From Candidatus Saccharimonadota bacterium (lineage in GTDB: Bacteria > Patescibacteriota > Gracilibacteria > BD1-5 > UBA6164), in NCBI GenBank assembly GCA_004563595.2, contig CP042461.1:1290001-1322000 (forward strand): a stretch of 32,000 nt of DNA, written 5' to 3'. The position numbers and the translations under genes were made by a program. Within the stretch, counting starts at the first letter, position 1; every line of letters begins with the position of its first letter. The notes beneath the pieces were generated by a model, which was not told where the DNA came from, did no database searches, and saw nothing but the letters and a program-made list of their open reading frames with translations. Below, piece by piece: positions 18,256 to 28,426 of this stretch.

Positions 18256-19278
18256 ATGAGCCATAAAAAAGAGAAAAACACAAGTACTTTATTACTTGCA
18301 GTTATCATTATATTGTTACTAATTATCGCTGTTTGAGGTTTCTTCTTAGGAAAAAACATGAATTCAAGCAATGTAATCGCTCCTCAAATTGTTGCACCAG
18401 AAGATATAACAGTAACTGTCATAGATGACAAAAGATGTACTGCTTGTCAAACAAGCGGACTGATCTCTCAGTTAAAAACACTACCCGCTCTTGCATCTGC
18501 AACTTTTGAAGTAAAAGACTTTTCAGATAAATGAGTTGAAGAATTCTTAACAGATAATAACATAAAAGTTCTTCCAGCTATAATGTTTAATACAAATGCT
18601 GTTGATCCAGGAATAAACACATACCTAACTCCAATATCATCTGGAGAATATTCTCTTCAAGTTGGGGCAAGTTTTGATCCTTTTGCACAAAGAAGTGATA
18701 AAGGTTTTCTACTCTTAGATATAGAAAAACTGAATTCAATAAAAAAAGAATCGTATATCAAATGAAATACTGACGCAAAAGTCACTTGGATAGAATATTC
18801 TGATTTAGAATGTCCATATTGTGCAAAGCTTCATAATTCAGATACACCAAAAGAATTACAAGAAAAATATAATGATACAATGAATATTGCATTCAATCAT
18901 TTTCCTCTTACTCAGATTCATAAAAATGCTCAAATATGAGCTGAGATCCTTGAATGTGTATGAGAAGAAAAATGAAGTGATACATTTTACACACTTATGG
19001 AAACTGCTTTTGCCGAAGAAAAAAGTACAAAATCATTCTTAATAAGTGAAGCTGTAAAACTATGAGCAAATGAAGAAAATCTTAACAAATGTTTAGATGA
19101 ATGAAGATATACTGATAAAGTAACCAATCAAATGAATACTTGAAATGCTACTTTTGGAGTTACTGGTACACCTTGAAATGTTCTTATAAATAATGAAACT
19201 TGAGAATACGAAGTAATCTCATGAGCATATCCAACGGATGCATTTGAAACTATAATTGATAAACTATTAGCAGAGTAA
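18256..19278 (+). CDS. membrane-anchored DsbA-family thiol:disulfide oxidoreductase with an extra N-terminal CxxC domain
   Basis: MSHKKEKNTSTLLLAVIIILLLIIAVGGFF (anchor), CTAC motif at about 18436, then ...KVTWIEYSDLECPYCAKLH... and ...FGVTGTPGNVLINNETGE..., which is the DsbA/thioredoxin signature. 340 aa, TAA at 19276-19278. Confidence 0.8.
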
Positions 19279-19287
19279 GCTATATAT

Positions 19288-19327
19288 AAAAAAGACATCT
19301 ATTATTCATAATAGATGTCTTTTTTTG
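19288..19327. terminator. bidirectional rho-independent terminator (12-bp perfect stem)
   Basis: aaaaaAGACATCTATTAttcaTAATAGATGTCTttttttt, between the convergent dsbA-like gene and era. Confidence 0.8.
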
Positions 19328-19337
19328 ACTTATGTTT

Positions 19338-20234
19338 TTATTGTAATATATTTTTAATCAACCTTTCATCTTTTCTCCAATTTTTCTTTACCTTAACTCT
19401 CAGAGCTAAAAATACTTTTTTTCAGAACACTTTCTCTAAATCTTTTCTTGCCTGTGTTCACATCTTTGTAATCAAGCTTCAAGCTTTTCAAATAAGAACA
19501 TATTTTTGAGAATCTGACTCAGCATATATATATGCTACAATTTTTAAAATCTCTTCTTTGTCCTCTATTTCATCAACTCAAATATACGTGCTATGTGGGA
19601 TTTCTTCTTTTGTATTTTCAAATACTTTTTCTCTAATTATCTCAGAAATTCTGAAATAAATATCTTGTTTTGTATATACATCTTCAGGAAAAAAAGTTGG
19701 TCCAAATGGTAAATAGGTCTTAATTTTTGATAATAAAGTATCAAAGCCATTCTTTGAAACAGAAGAAATTTGAAATACATTATCTCACTCTGGAATACTT
19801 ATTTTTGAAGATAAATCACTCTTAGTATATACCTTTAAAACTGGAGCTTTGACTTGTGAAACTATTTCTCCTATATATCTTTCTTCTTCTCATCATTCTC
19901 TAGATGAATCAATAAAGTATAAGATTAATTCTGCATCATTGAGAGATGATATAGCTTGGGAATTTATTGATTCATTAAATAATTTATTTGATTTGTGTAT
20001 TCATGGAGTATCAAAAAAAATGATTTGCGAATCATCATCATTATAAATAGCCAATACTTTTCTCCTGGTAGTTTGAGGAACATTCGTTGTTATTGATATT
20101 TTTTCTCCTATCAAAGCATTCACAAAAGTTGATTTTCAAGTATTTGGTCTCCCTATAATAGAAACATACCCTGTTTGTTTCTCTTTTAAATCAGATGTAT
20201 TTGCTAATATATCTTCTAATTTTAATTCTTTCAT
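19338..20234 (-). CDS. era: GTPase Era
   Basis: [57 protein letters not shown]...FFDTPGI...TKSD... plus a C-terminal KH domain (...[41 protein letters not shown]). 298 aa. The P-loop Gly is encoded by TGA (20136-20138). Confidence 0.93.
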
Positions 20235-20243
20235 ATATGTATT

Positions 20244-20786
20244 TTAGTTATGGATATCATCTGATGGGTCTTGAGTTTTCCCCATCATTGCATTTTGTTT
20301 ATCTCTATAGTCGTCTACAATATTTAGTATTTTCCTTGCTTCTTGCATTGAATCTGGGGCAAAATCCATTTTTAAATTTTGTTGACTTCATGCAGTTTGA
20401 ATAAATAATGTCCCATAATTGAGAAGATTTGAAAACACTCACTTCGTACTTGAATTTACTTCTTGAACTTGTCAGAGATTTGTTTCAGATACTTTTCTAT
20501 CTAAAAATGATTTTTGCTCTACTCATATGATCCTATTATTTGTGATGATATAAAGATCAAGTTCATGATTTAACCATTTTATATACAGGACAAGTAAAAA
20601 AAATAACCAGAATGTAATATTCAACATCATTGATAAAAAAGTAACTCAAAGTATAACAAATAATATAATACTTATTATAACCCCTGTTACAAAAATAGCC
20701 CCCAACATAACAAAAATAATCCAGTGTCTTCTTACTGCCATTTCTAAATGTTCGCCTTTTTTTAAATTTTTAATTTTCAACATCAT
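20244..20786 (-). CDS. bacterial PH-domain (bPH_2 / YdbT-like) membrane protein
   Basis: MMLKIKNLKKGEHLEMAVRRHWIIFVMLGAIFV..(2 TM)..LDLYIITNNRIIGVEQKSFLDRKVSETNLGQVQEV...GTLFIQTAG... 180 aa, TAA at 20244-20246. Confidence 0.7.
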
Positions 20787-20792
20787 TCGGTA

Positions 20793-21362
20793 TTATGATA
20801 TATTTGGCTTTTTTATATAGAGGGGTTTCAGTTGCTTATTACTTTCAAAATTAATTTTCTGTATTATACTCCAATAGTTGATATTATCAAGTATTTCAGT
20901 TTCATTTCAAACTTCCAATCTGGCTTCTCAATAGAGCTCTCTAATATTATTCTTCTCGCAATACTCCACTATTTTGTCATTAGGCATTATTTCAATTTCA
21001 GAATCTTTATGTTTCTGAAAAAAACAATCTCTTTTTGATGAAGATTTAATAATTGGATATCGATTAAATAGCTGAAAGTAACTTAATGAAGTCATATTTT
21101 TTTGAGTAAGATAGTTGATTGCATTTACCATAAGAACAATAGTTCTTACTCATGTGAAGCTGCCTGGTCAATTCACTACAATTATATTTTCTAGATCAAA
21201 AAAGGTAAGAGTATTATATTTTAAAAACTCTTCTAATTTTGGGATCAAAACTGAAGATTCGTTTCCTTTTATATTCCATGAGGCTTTTCCTTGCATTTGC
21301 CTCTTATCATCAAATAATATCAAAGTACAGGGGGATGAAAGAGCATCTATAAATAAGTTCAT
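20793..21362 (-). CDS. tsaB: tRNA threonylcarbamoyladenosine biosynthesis protein TsaB (YeaZ-like)
   Basis: Track ORFs 21168-21362 and 20928-21131 are joined by TGA. MNLFIDALSSPCTLILFDD...LENIIVVNGPGSFTGVRTIVLMVNAI... 189 aa, TAA at 20793-20795. Confidence 0.8.
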
Positions 21363-21492
21363 TATGGATAGGATTACTTTTAATATTTTCTTTTATAAGT
21401 GTACTTCTGTTGTTATTTTTGTAAAGAACTTTCTTTATTTTTTTAGATTTTTCTTTATAATCAAGCAAATATTAAAAAATAAAATAACCTAC

Positions 21493-24400
21493 GTGAAATC
21501 TCTAGAAATAAATAAAAGCTATATAAACAGTTGAAATACTTTTTCAAAACTTCTCTTACTTCAAAGATGGCTGGAAAATAACTCTCAAAAACTTGATGGA
21601 AGTATTATGGTCGTTCAGAATGAGAAAGATATACAAAGTTACCTAAAAATATCACTTTTCTTAGGTATAAAAATGTCAAAGTTGAACAATATATCTGAGC
21701 TTGTTGACCTTATATATAATAAGATCTGAAATTATATAGTGAGTACAGATTTTTTTGAAATTCAAATACCCAACACCAATCATTTAGAAAAAAAGTTTAT
21801 TATTACTCTGAAAAAAGGTCAAAATATAGCTCCTGAAGAAATAAGTAAACAGCTCAATGATTTTTGATACAAACATTCTGAACATAACACAAAGTGAAGC
21901 TTTAAAGTAAATGGAGATATATTGAGTATTACAAACTCAACATGAGAAGTTGAATTCAAAATTAGTTTTTGGGGAAATACTATTGAAGAGATTCTTTTAA
22001 TAGAAGAATCATCCAATAATACTAAAAACCTAGAGACAGTTTCTATTTGAAAAAGAGAAACTATTCATAACTTCCAAGTAACAGACACCTTTCATCTTGA
22101 TTTAAAAAATAAACTTCATTCTGAGAATATATTTCATATTTTAGACTCTCTTGATTTTTCAGGTTATTTTGATGAATTTAATACAGATCTTAATAACTAT
22201 ATTCAATTTAATTCTCTCACACATATTCAAAATAAAGAAGCTCAAATCAACCTATGAATAAATGACCTTTATTTAGAAAAAATTGAAGACTTAAAACATA
22301 TTTTAGAAGAGAACTGAATTTCAAAGAAAACTATTTATACAAAAAGTATCTGAGCAATAAAAAATTTTATCGAATATAATAACCTTCAGAGTATTGAAAT
22401 TATTGAAACAAAACTAAATAATTTAAAAAGTTTTCGTTCAGCAACTGAAATTGTAATTTGTGATGACAATATTTCAAGAATTTTTGTTAAAAAGAGAATT
22501 AAAAGAAATCTCAGTAAAAGCTTAGACTTACTCCTACAAATTAAGCCTTGAGATTTCATTGTCCATGTTGATCATGGAATATGAGTTTTTAAACAAATAC
22601 TCGAAAAAGAACTCCCTGTTCAAAATGGACAAATCATAAAAAAAGAATACATAGAGCTTGAATACAAGAATAATGATAAGCTATTTGTTCCTATTACAGA
22701 AGTATCAAGGGTCAATAAATATGTCTGATCTGAGAATCCAAAGTTGACAGGGTTATCGACAAAAGAATGGGAGAAAAAACTATCTAAAGCCAAAGGTGAT
22801 ATTGAAAGTATTGCCTGAGAACTCTTAGAGGTATTTGCCAAAAGGAAGCTCCAAAAATGATATAGTTTTACAAGTTACCCAACAGAGGAAGCAAGATTTT
22901 CAAACTCTTTTGAATATACCTATACAGATGACCAATTCAACATCATTCGTGAAATAAATGAAGATATGGAATCTTCTCAACCAATGGATAGACTTGTTTC
23001 GTGAGATGTCTGATTTTGAAAAACAGAAATTGCATTTCATGCTATGTATAAAGCTATGATAAATAATAAACAAGCGGCCCTTATCTCTCCTCTTATTGTA
23101 CTTGCTTATGAGCATTATGAAAAAGCGAAAGAAAGGTTTGCTCTGTTTCCATTTAATATATGAGTAATAACGAGGTTTGAAAAACCTGCCATAGTCAAAA
23201 ATACTCTCGAAAAACTCAAAAATGGAAAAATTGACCTTATCATTTGAACTCATAGGTTACTCAGCGAAGATATAGAATTCAAAAATTTATGAATCCTTGT
23301 AATTGATGAAGAACATAAGTTTTGAGTAAAAGACAAAGAAAAAATCAAGAAATTCAAATGAAATATAGACATGTTGTCTCTCTCAGCAACACCAATCCCT
23401 AGAAGTCTAAATATGGCATTAAATGGTATAAAAAGCATGAGTATGCTTACCACTCCTCCTATATGAAGAATGCCAATCGAGACACTGGTGTCTAAGTTTG
23501 ACGATAATATTATTGCTGAAGCCTGAAAAAGAGAGTTTGAAAGATGATGACAGTTATTTTTCATACATAATAGGGTCGGGACTATTGAAACTATGAGAGA
23601 TACTCTCTGAAAAATTTTTAAGAATAAGAAAATCATTATTGCTCACGGCCAACTTCCATGAGATACTCTTGAAAAAAGAATACTCTCATTTAAAAGAAAA
23701 GAATATGATATATTATTATCTACAACTGTGATAGAAAATGGTATCGATTTCCCAAATGTAAATACTATCATTATCAATGATGCTTATAACTTTTGAATAT
23801 CGCAAATTCATCAACTCAGATGAAGAGTGTGAAGAAGTGATAAACAATGACATTGTTATCTCTTATTTAATAAAGATAAGATCAAAGATGATGCAGCAAA
23901 GAGACTCAAAACCATTGTCGACTATAGCCACCTCTGAGCATGATTTGAATTAGCAATCAAAGACTTGGAAATCAGATGAGGTTGAGACCTCCTATGAATA
24001 AAACAAAGTGGACAGTCTAGTGAGATCTGAGTAAATCTATTTTTAGAAATGCTTGAAAATAAAATTGAAGAACTGAAGAGGACCGGTCTTGATACTAACT
24101 CTAAAAATTCAGTAGAAAGAAATATATCTAGAATTAATACAACAATAGACTTAAATATTTCAGCCTTTATTCCTGATTACTTTTTTAGCTCAGAGCTTGA
24201 TAAAATAAATTTTTATAGAGAAATAGAGAGCCTCGAGACCTGAGAAGACTTAGAAAATATAATAACTGATTTCAAAGAAATTAATAGTGACATACCAAGT
24301 GAAACAAATAATTTTTTTACTTTACTTGAGTTAAAACTTATTGCTTCTCAGTATAAAATCAAACATATCAAAAAAGTCTGAATTAACTACCAAATAGATT

Positions 24401-24594
24401 TTGATACAGAAATAAGCCTTGATGAGTTAAAATTATTTTTGAAGTTAGATAGCGAAGTAAAGCTTGAGGTAACCACTATTCATAGACTCAGATCAAAGGT
24501 AAAAAACTTTGGGACTGATTATGATTTTATGAAATATGTTTTAGATATAATGAAAGGAACAATGAAGAAAAGGAAAGTGAAGCTGAAAAGGTAA
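21493..24594 (+). CDS. mfd: transcription-repair coupling factor Mfd (start codon uncertain)
   Basis: Frame verified open from 21115 to the TAA at 24592-24594. ...[13 protein letters not shown]...(CarD-like)...[17 protein letters not shown]...[11 protein letters not shown]...SATPIPRSL...HGQLPG...QLRGRVGRSDKQGHCYLLF... Candidate starts are GTG 21493 (chosen because it keeps the N-terminal UvrB-like region), ATG 21607 and ATG 21364. Confidence 0.88.
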
Positions 24595-24697
24595 CCTCAC
24601 CCTAAATTCCCTCTCCTTTGGAGGAGAAGGAAGCTACATTTTTTTTGAGGCTATCTTTTCCCCTCTCCTCCAAAGGAGAGGGGTTAGGGGTGAGGTT
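24593..24697. repeat. inverted pair of GC-rich REP-like elements (long imperfect hairpin) after mfd
   Basis: 24593-24630 is AACCTCACCCTAAATTCCCTCTCCTTTGGAGGAGAAGG. 24660-24697 is CCCCTCTCCTCCAAAGGAGAGGGGTTAGGGGTGAGGTT, the reverse complement of a near-identical unit. The 29-nt spacer contains a T-run. Confidence 0.85.
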
Positions 24698-24775
24698 ATT
24701 TTCAAATTAAAGTTGAATTTTTAGACTTTAATCATATATTAGATGCACAAATTTTACAAAATAAATACGAAAAAT

Positions 24776-25969
24776 ATGAAGTTTACAAAAATATTTTTGA
24801 TACTCTTAATGCTAAGTCTATCACTCGCAAGTTGTACAAACAAAGAATGAAATACAATTACTAAAGACAAAAGTCAAACGGGGACACAAGCTATTTTAGA
24901 TGATAATAAAACAAAGATTATGGATAACTACCAAACAAAAAAACTCGAAGATGGAGATATTGTTGCTGTTATGAAAACAACAAATGGTACTATACAAATA
25001 AAACTATTCACTGAGGATGTTCCAAAAACAACTCTGAACTTTATGTGACTTGCTCAACAAGGATACTATGATGGGATTATTTTTCATAGAGTTATAAAAG
25101 GATTTATGATCCAAGGAGGTGATCCAGACGGAACAGGACAAGGTTGAAAGAGTATTTATGGAGCAAAGTTTGATGATGAATTTTCTGATAAACTCAGTAA
25201 CATAACTGGTTCAATTTCCATGGCAAACTCTGGACCAAATACAAATGGAAGCCAATTCTTTATTAATCAAGCTGATAATACAAATCTAGATTTTAATAAA
25301 GGTGATACAAGATCAAAACACTCTGTTTTTGGACAAGTTGTTGAAGGAATGGATAACGTAGATAAAATAGCAAAAGTACAAACGGCTGAACAAGATAGAC
25401 CAGTAAAAGAAGTAAAAATTATATCGCTTGTAATCAAACAATATAAGAACGGTACCCTAAAAGATTATAGCTTTGATCTTGAAGCGGAAAAAGAAAAAGT
25501 AGAAACTGAAATGAAAAAAGCTGCTGAAGCAAAGAAAGAGGCTGATAAAAATAAAGCAGTAGAAGCATGAAATAAAATCGCTGTTCACTATACACTTACT
25601 CTTGAGAATGGAGACAAAGTAGATAGTAGTATAGACAGATGAGACGCTTTTGAATTTACTGTTGGAGCTTGAATGACAATCAAATGATTTGATGATGGTG
25701 TAATCTGAATGAAAATCGGAGATAAAAAGACTCTTACACTTGATCCAAAAGATGCGTATGGTGAAGCTGAAATATCTCTCCCTAAAGCACAATTTAAATC
25801 ATTTGAAGATGCTGGTATTAAGCTAGAAAAAGGAGCGAAACTTCCAACTCAAATGTGAGAAATCAATGTACTTGAAGTAAGTGATGATACTGTAACAATT
25901 GAAAACAACCATGACTTAGCATGAAAGACTCTTATATTTGATGTTGAAATGATTGAATTTAAGGATTAA
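24776..25969 (+). CDS. dual-family peptidyl-prolyl isomerase lipoprotein: cyclophilin domain fused to SlyD-like FKBP domain
   Basis: [20 protein letters not shown] (lipobox). Cyclophilin part: ...[27 protein letters not shown]...[17 protein letters not shown]... A Lys/Glu linker follows, then FKBP: ...[19 protein letters not shown]...FEFTVGAGMTIKGFDDGVIGMKIGDKK...[18 protein letters not shown]. 397 aa. An alternative in-frame ATG exists at 24743. Confidence 0.88.
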
Positions 25970-25971
25970 GA

Positions 25972-26010
25972 AACCTCACCCCTAAACTCCCTCTTCTTTG
26001 GAGGAGAAGG
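25972..26010 (+). repeat. third copy of the GC-rich REP-like element
   Basis: AACCTCACCCCTAAACTCCCTCTTCTTTGGAGGAGAAGG. Starts 3 nt after the PPIase stop, in the same orientation as the copy at 24593. Confidence 0.8.
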
Positions 26011-26026
26011 AGCAGCAAGTAAGATA

Positions 26027-26064
26027 AAAAAGACTGGAAAATTATATTTTTCAGTCTTTTTTAT
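26027..26064 (+). terminator. rho-independent terminator
   Basis: aaaaaAGACTGGAAAAttatatTTTTCAGTCTtttttt (one bulged G). Confidence 0.6.
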
Positions 26065-26196
26065 TACACAATTTTTTAGCCAAATAGTCAACTCAATTTA
26101 AAATTTTATTCCAAATATTAATATCCTGTTAATGTCTCATATGTATACTGTTCTATGTAAAAAGGAGGAATTTTATATTTTTAAATTTATAATTTA

Positions 26197-27099
26197 ATGT
26201 GAAAGGTTATATGTTCATTATTTCTGTTTATTTTTTTGTTTTGATCAACATCTGCTTATACAGCAACTCAAAACGATAAAGATACTGTGGATGTTCTTAC
26301 GTCTAAAATAAATAAAATAATAGAAAAAAAATGAGAAAAACTACGTACGATTTTTATAAAAAAATTATCTACACTAAAACATAAAATCAAAAAAAATGAG
26401 AAAATTACTTACATTATTTGAGAATTAGTAAACAACTTGAACAACTCTACTCAAGCCATTGAAGACTTGATTAAAGAAGTAGAGAATCACAGTAATAATA
26501 CTAATAAAAACAGCGATAAATTATCATCTTTATTATTACTACAAGAATATGGTTCAATGTATAATAAATTGATTGACAACGATATATATTGAAAAAATTG
26601 AAAATTTGATTTAGGATGTTGAAACTATGCAATTAAATGGAATGAAATATATAAAGATCAATTTCAAAATATATATAACAAATCAAATCTTATAAATAAT
26701 ATTTTTCTAATGGATTTAATGAAATATGATATTGAAAAATTCAACAAATATTTTAAAAAAACATGTAAAAATGATGCAAAAATTGATTCCATGCTGTTTA
26801 CTACAACAAGTATCTCCCGTAACCTAGATAGCTTTGATAATTCCTACTATACAGAAATATATATATTTTATAATAATTGGTACAATACACTATATAAATA
26901 TCTGAAGGATTCTAAACCATGAGAAACTTGTAATACAGTCTGGGAAGATTGGGATGGATTTACTTATGACAAAATGGAGTATTTAAAAACATATACAAAA
27001 AATACCAACTCTGATATATACCTAAAATACTTCTCTGAACTTCAAGATAAATTTAGAAAAATGATGAAAGAAGAATGTAATGGTCTTAAAATAAAATAA
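26197..27099 (+). CDS. secreted hypothetical protein (300 aa), Asn/Lys/Tyr-rich with 5 Cys in the mature part
   Basis: ATG at 26197, TAA at 27097-27099, frame checked. Signal peptide MGKVICSLFLFIFLFGSTSAYTATQ. Contains track ORF 26710-26922. No family recognised. Confidence 0.7.
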
Positions 27100-27113
27100 C
27101 ATTAACAATAGAA

Positions 27114-27147
27114 ATAAAAAAAGGCAGCTTTAAAACTGCCTTTTTTT
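27114..27147. terminator. bidirectional rho-independent terminator
   Basis: aaaaaaaAGGCAGctttaaaaCTGCCTttttttt. Overlaps the stop codon of the transposase-like gene (27146-27148). Confidence 0.65.
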
Positions 27148-27664
27148 ATTTCCCATACTCTAACTCATCCAAACTCAACTCCTTATTATCCAAGTACTTC
27201 TTTGGACCAGTCTTTAAAAGTCTATGAATAGATGTATACTTATAATCTTTAATATCCTCAACGAGCTTATACTTAAGTGGATTATAATTCACAAAGCTCA
27301 TACATTTATGTAAGTATTCTTCTGAATCAATACGAGTGCTTTTAAATCTCCCTTTAAAAACAGGCTGTTTTAGCTCTGAGGGGTATTTCTTCCTATAAGA
27401 GGTTGCATATGCTCATTGAAGTCTTTTCATGAATTCTGAGAGCCTATGTCATGTTTTGATATTTTTTACTATAAGATGAAAATGGTTTGGTAAAAATGAA
27501 TATGAAACGAGCTTTATATCAGAATAATCTTTGAGATATCGAAGAAGGAGTTCATAAAACTTATCAAATTCTTGATCGTCGTGAAAGAGTGGCTCAGTTG
27601 AGAGTCACTTGTTATAGATATGGTAATAACTATTTTCTAGAAATTCTAGTCTGGAATTTCACAT
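27146..27664 (-). CDS. HUH/Y1 tyrosine transposase-like protein (IS200/IS605 TnpA superfamily, RAYT-like)
   Basis: MGNSRLEFLENSYYHIYNKGLSTEPLFHDDQEFDKFYELLLRYL...VSYSFLPNHFHLIVKN (HUH motif)...FKGRFKSTRIDSEEYLHKCMSFVNYNPLKYKLV (catalytic Tyr region). 172 aa. Single gene with no tnpB partner and no obvious IS ends. Confidence 0.8.
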
Positions 27665-27760
27665 AAACTTTTTCTTATATATTAATATAAGTATTCTACA
27701 TTATATAGATTTAAAAGTCAAATATGTGGACCGGTCTCAAATTATAATCAACAAAAAACC

Positions 27761-28321
27761 TTACTTTACGTAAGGCATTGCATGAGTAGAAAGATATACT
27801 TTATTAAACTCTGTCATTTTATCGAGTAATTCTTGACTGACGTCATTTCATTCAACATTCAAGTATTGAAGCTTATTTAACTTTGTAAGTCATTTAATAT
27901 CTTCTTCGTCTAGATTATTATAAGACACATCAAGTGTTTTGAGTTTTTCTAACCCTGAGAATCATTCTAAGTTTGTGAGCTTATTATTACTCACATTTAT
28001 GTGTCTAATATTAGCTGGAAGCTTTAAGTCTGAGCCAAACCTTAAGTTATTATTACCCAGATCTATTCTTCAGAGTTTATTATATCCCGATATATCAAGT
28101 AATTCTATCTCATTATTTCATAGATAAATATTATTAACTTCTGTACCTGTTAAATAGAGGTTTAAATTGATAAAACCTTTTATTTCTTTCCCTACTAAGT
28201 TTATACTTCTATCTGGTGTTTCATAACTTGCTAAAAGGCTTTTATTTGATAATTCAAATGCTGTTTTTCAACATGAAGCAAGTAGAAGAATCGAAACTAT
28301 AGCTATAAGTACTTTTTTCAT
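27761..28321 (-). CDS. leucine-rich-repeat lipoprotein
   Basis: MKKVLIAIVSILLLASC (lipobox), followed by LRR units: LGNNEIELLDISGYNKLGRIDLGNNNL...HINVSNNKLTNLEGFSGLEKLKTLDVSYNNL...KLNKLQYLNVEGNDV. 186 aa, TAA at 27761-27763, followed by hairpin CCTTACtttacGTAAGG and a U-run. Confidence 0.8.
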
Positions 28322-28426
28322 ATTTATATAATTTAGTGAGTAATTTCTTGGATTATATGATTTTTCTGATTTAAAACAAATTTTATACAATATAAAAGAC
28401 CTATATTCTTATAGGCCGTTTATATA

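Noticed and set aside
21115-21492. Extending mfd upstream to ATG 21364 (track ORF 21115-21534).
   Set aside because: It would leave 1 bp between the divergent tsaB and mfd start codons and would add a Phe/Ile-rich segment derived from AT-rich promoter DNA.
17260-23636. ORFs 17260-17541 (-), 19315-19509 (+), 19849-20046 (+), 20195-20404 (+), 20832-21038 (+), 21819-22016 (-), 22620-22841 (-), 22900-23253 (-) and 23250-23636 (-).
   Set aside because: They are antisense or out-of-frame overlaps of queA, era, the bPH gene, tsaB and mfd, all of which have strong homology-based support.
25457-25792. 111-aa minus-strand ORF.
   Set aside because: It is antisense to the PPIase fusion gene.
26161-26169. 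AAAGGAGGA as the Shine-Dalgarno for the secreted-protein gene.
   Set aside because: It lies 28 nt upstream of the only suitable ATG (26197), and an in-frame TAA (26182) separates them. That is too far to act as an SD.
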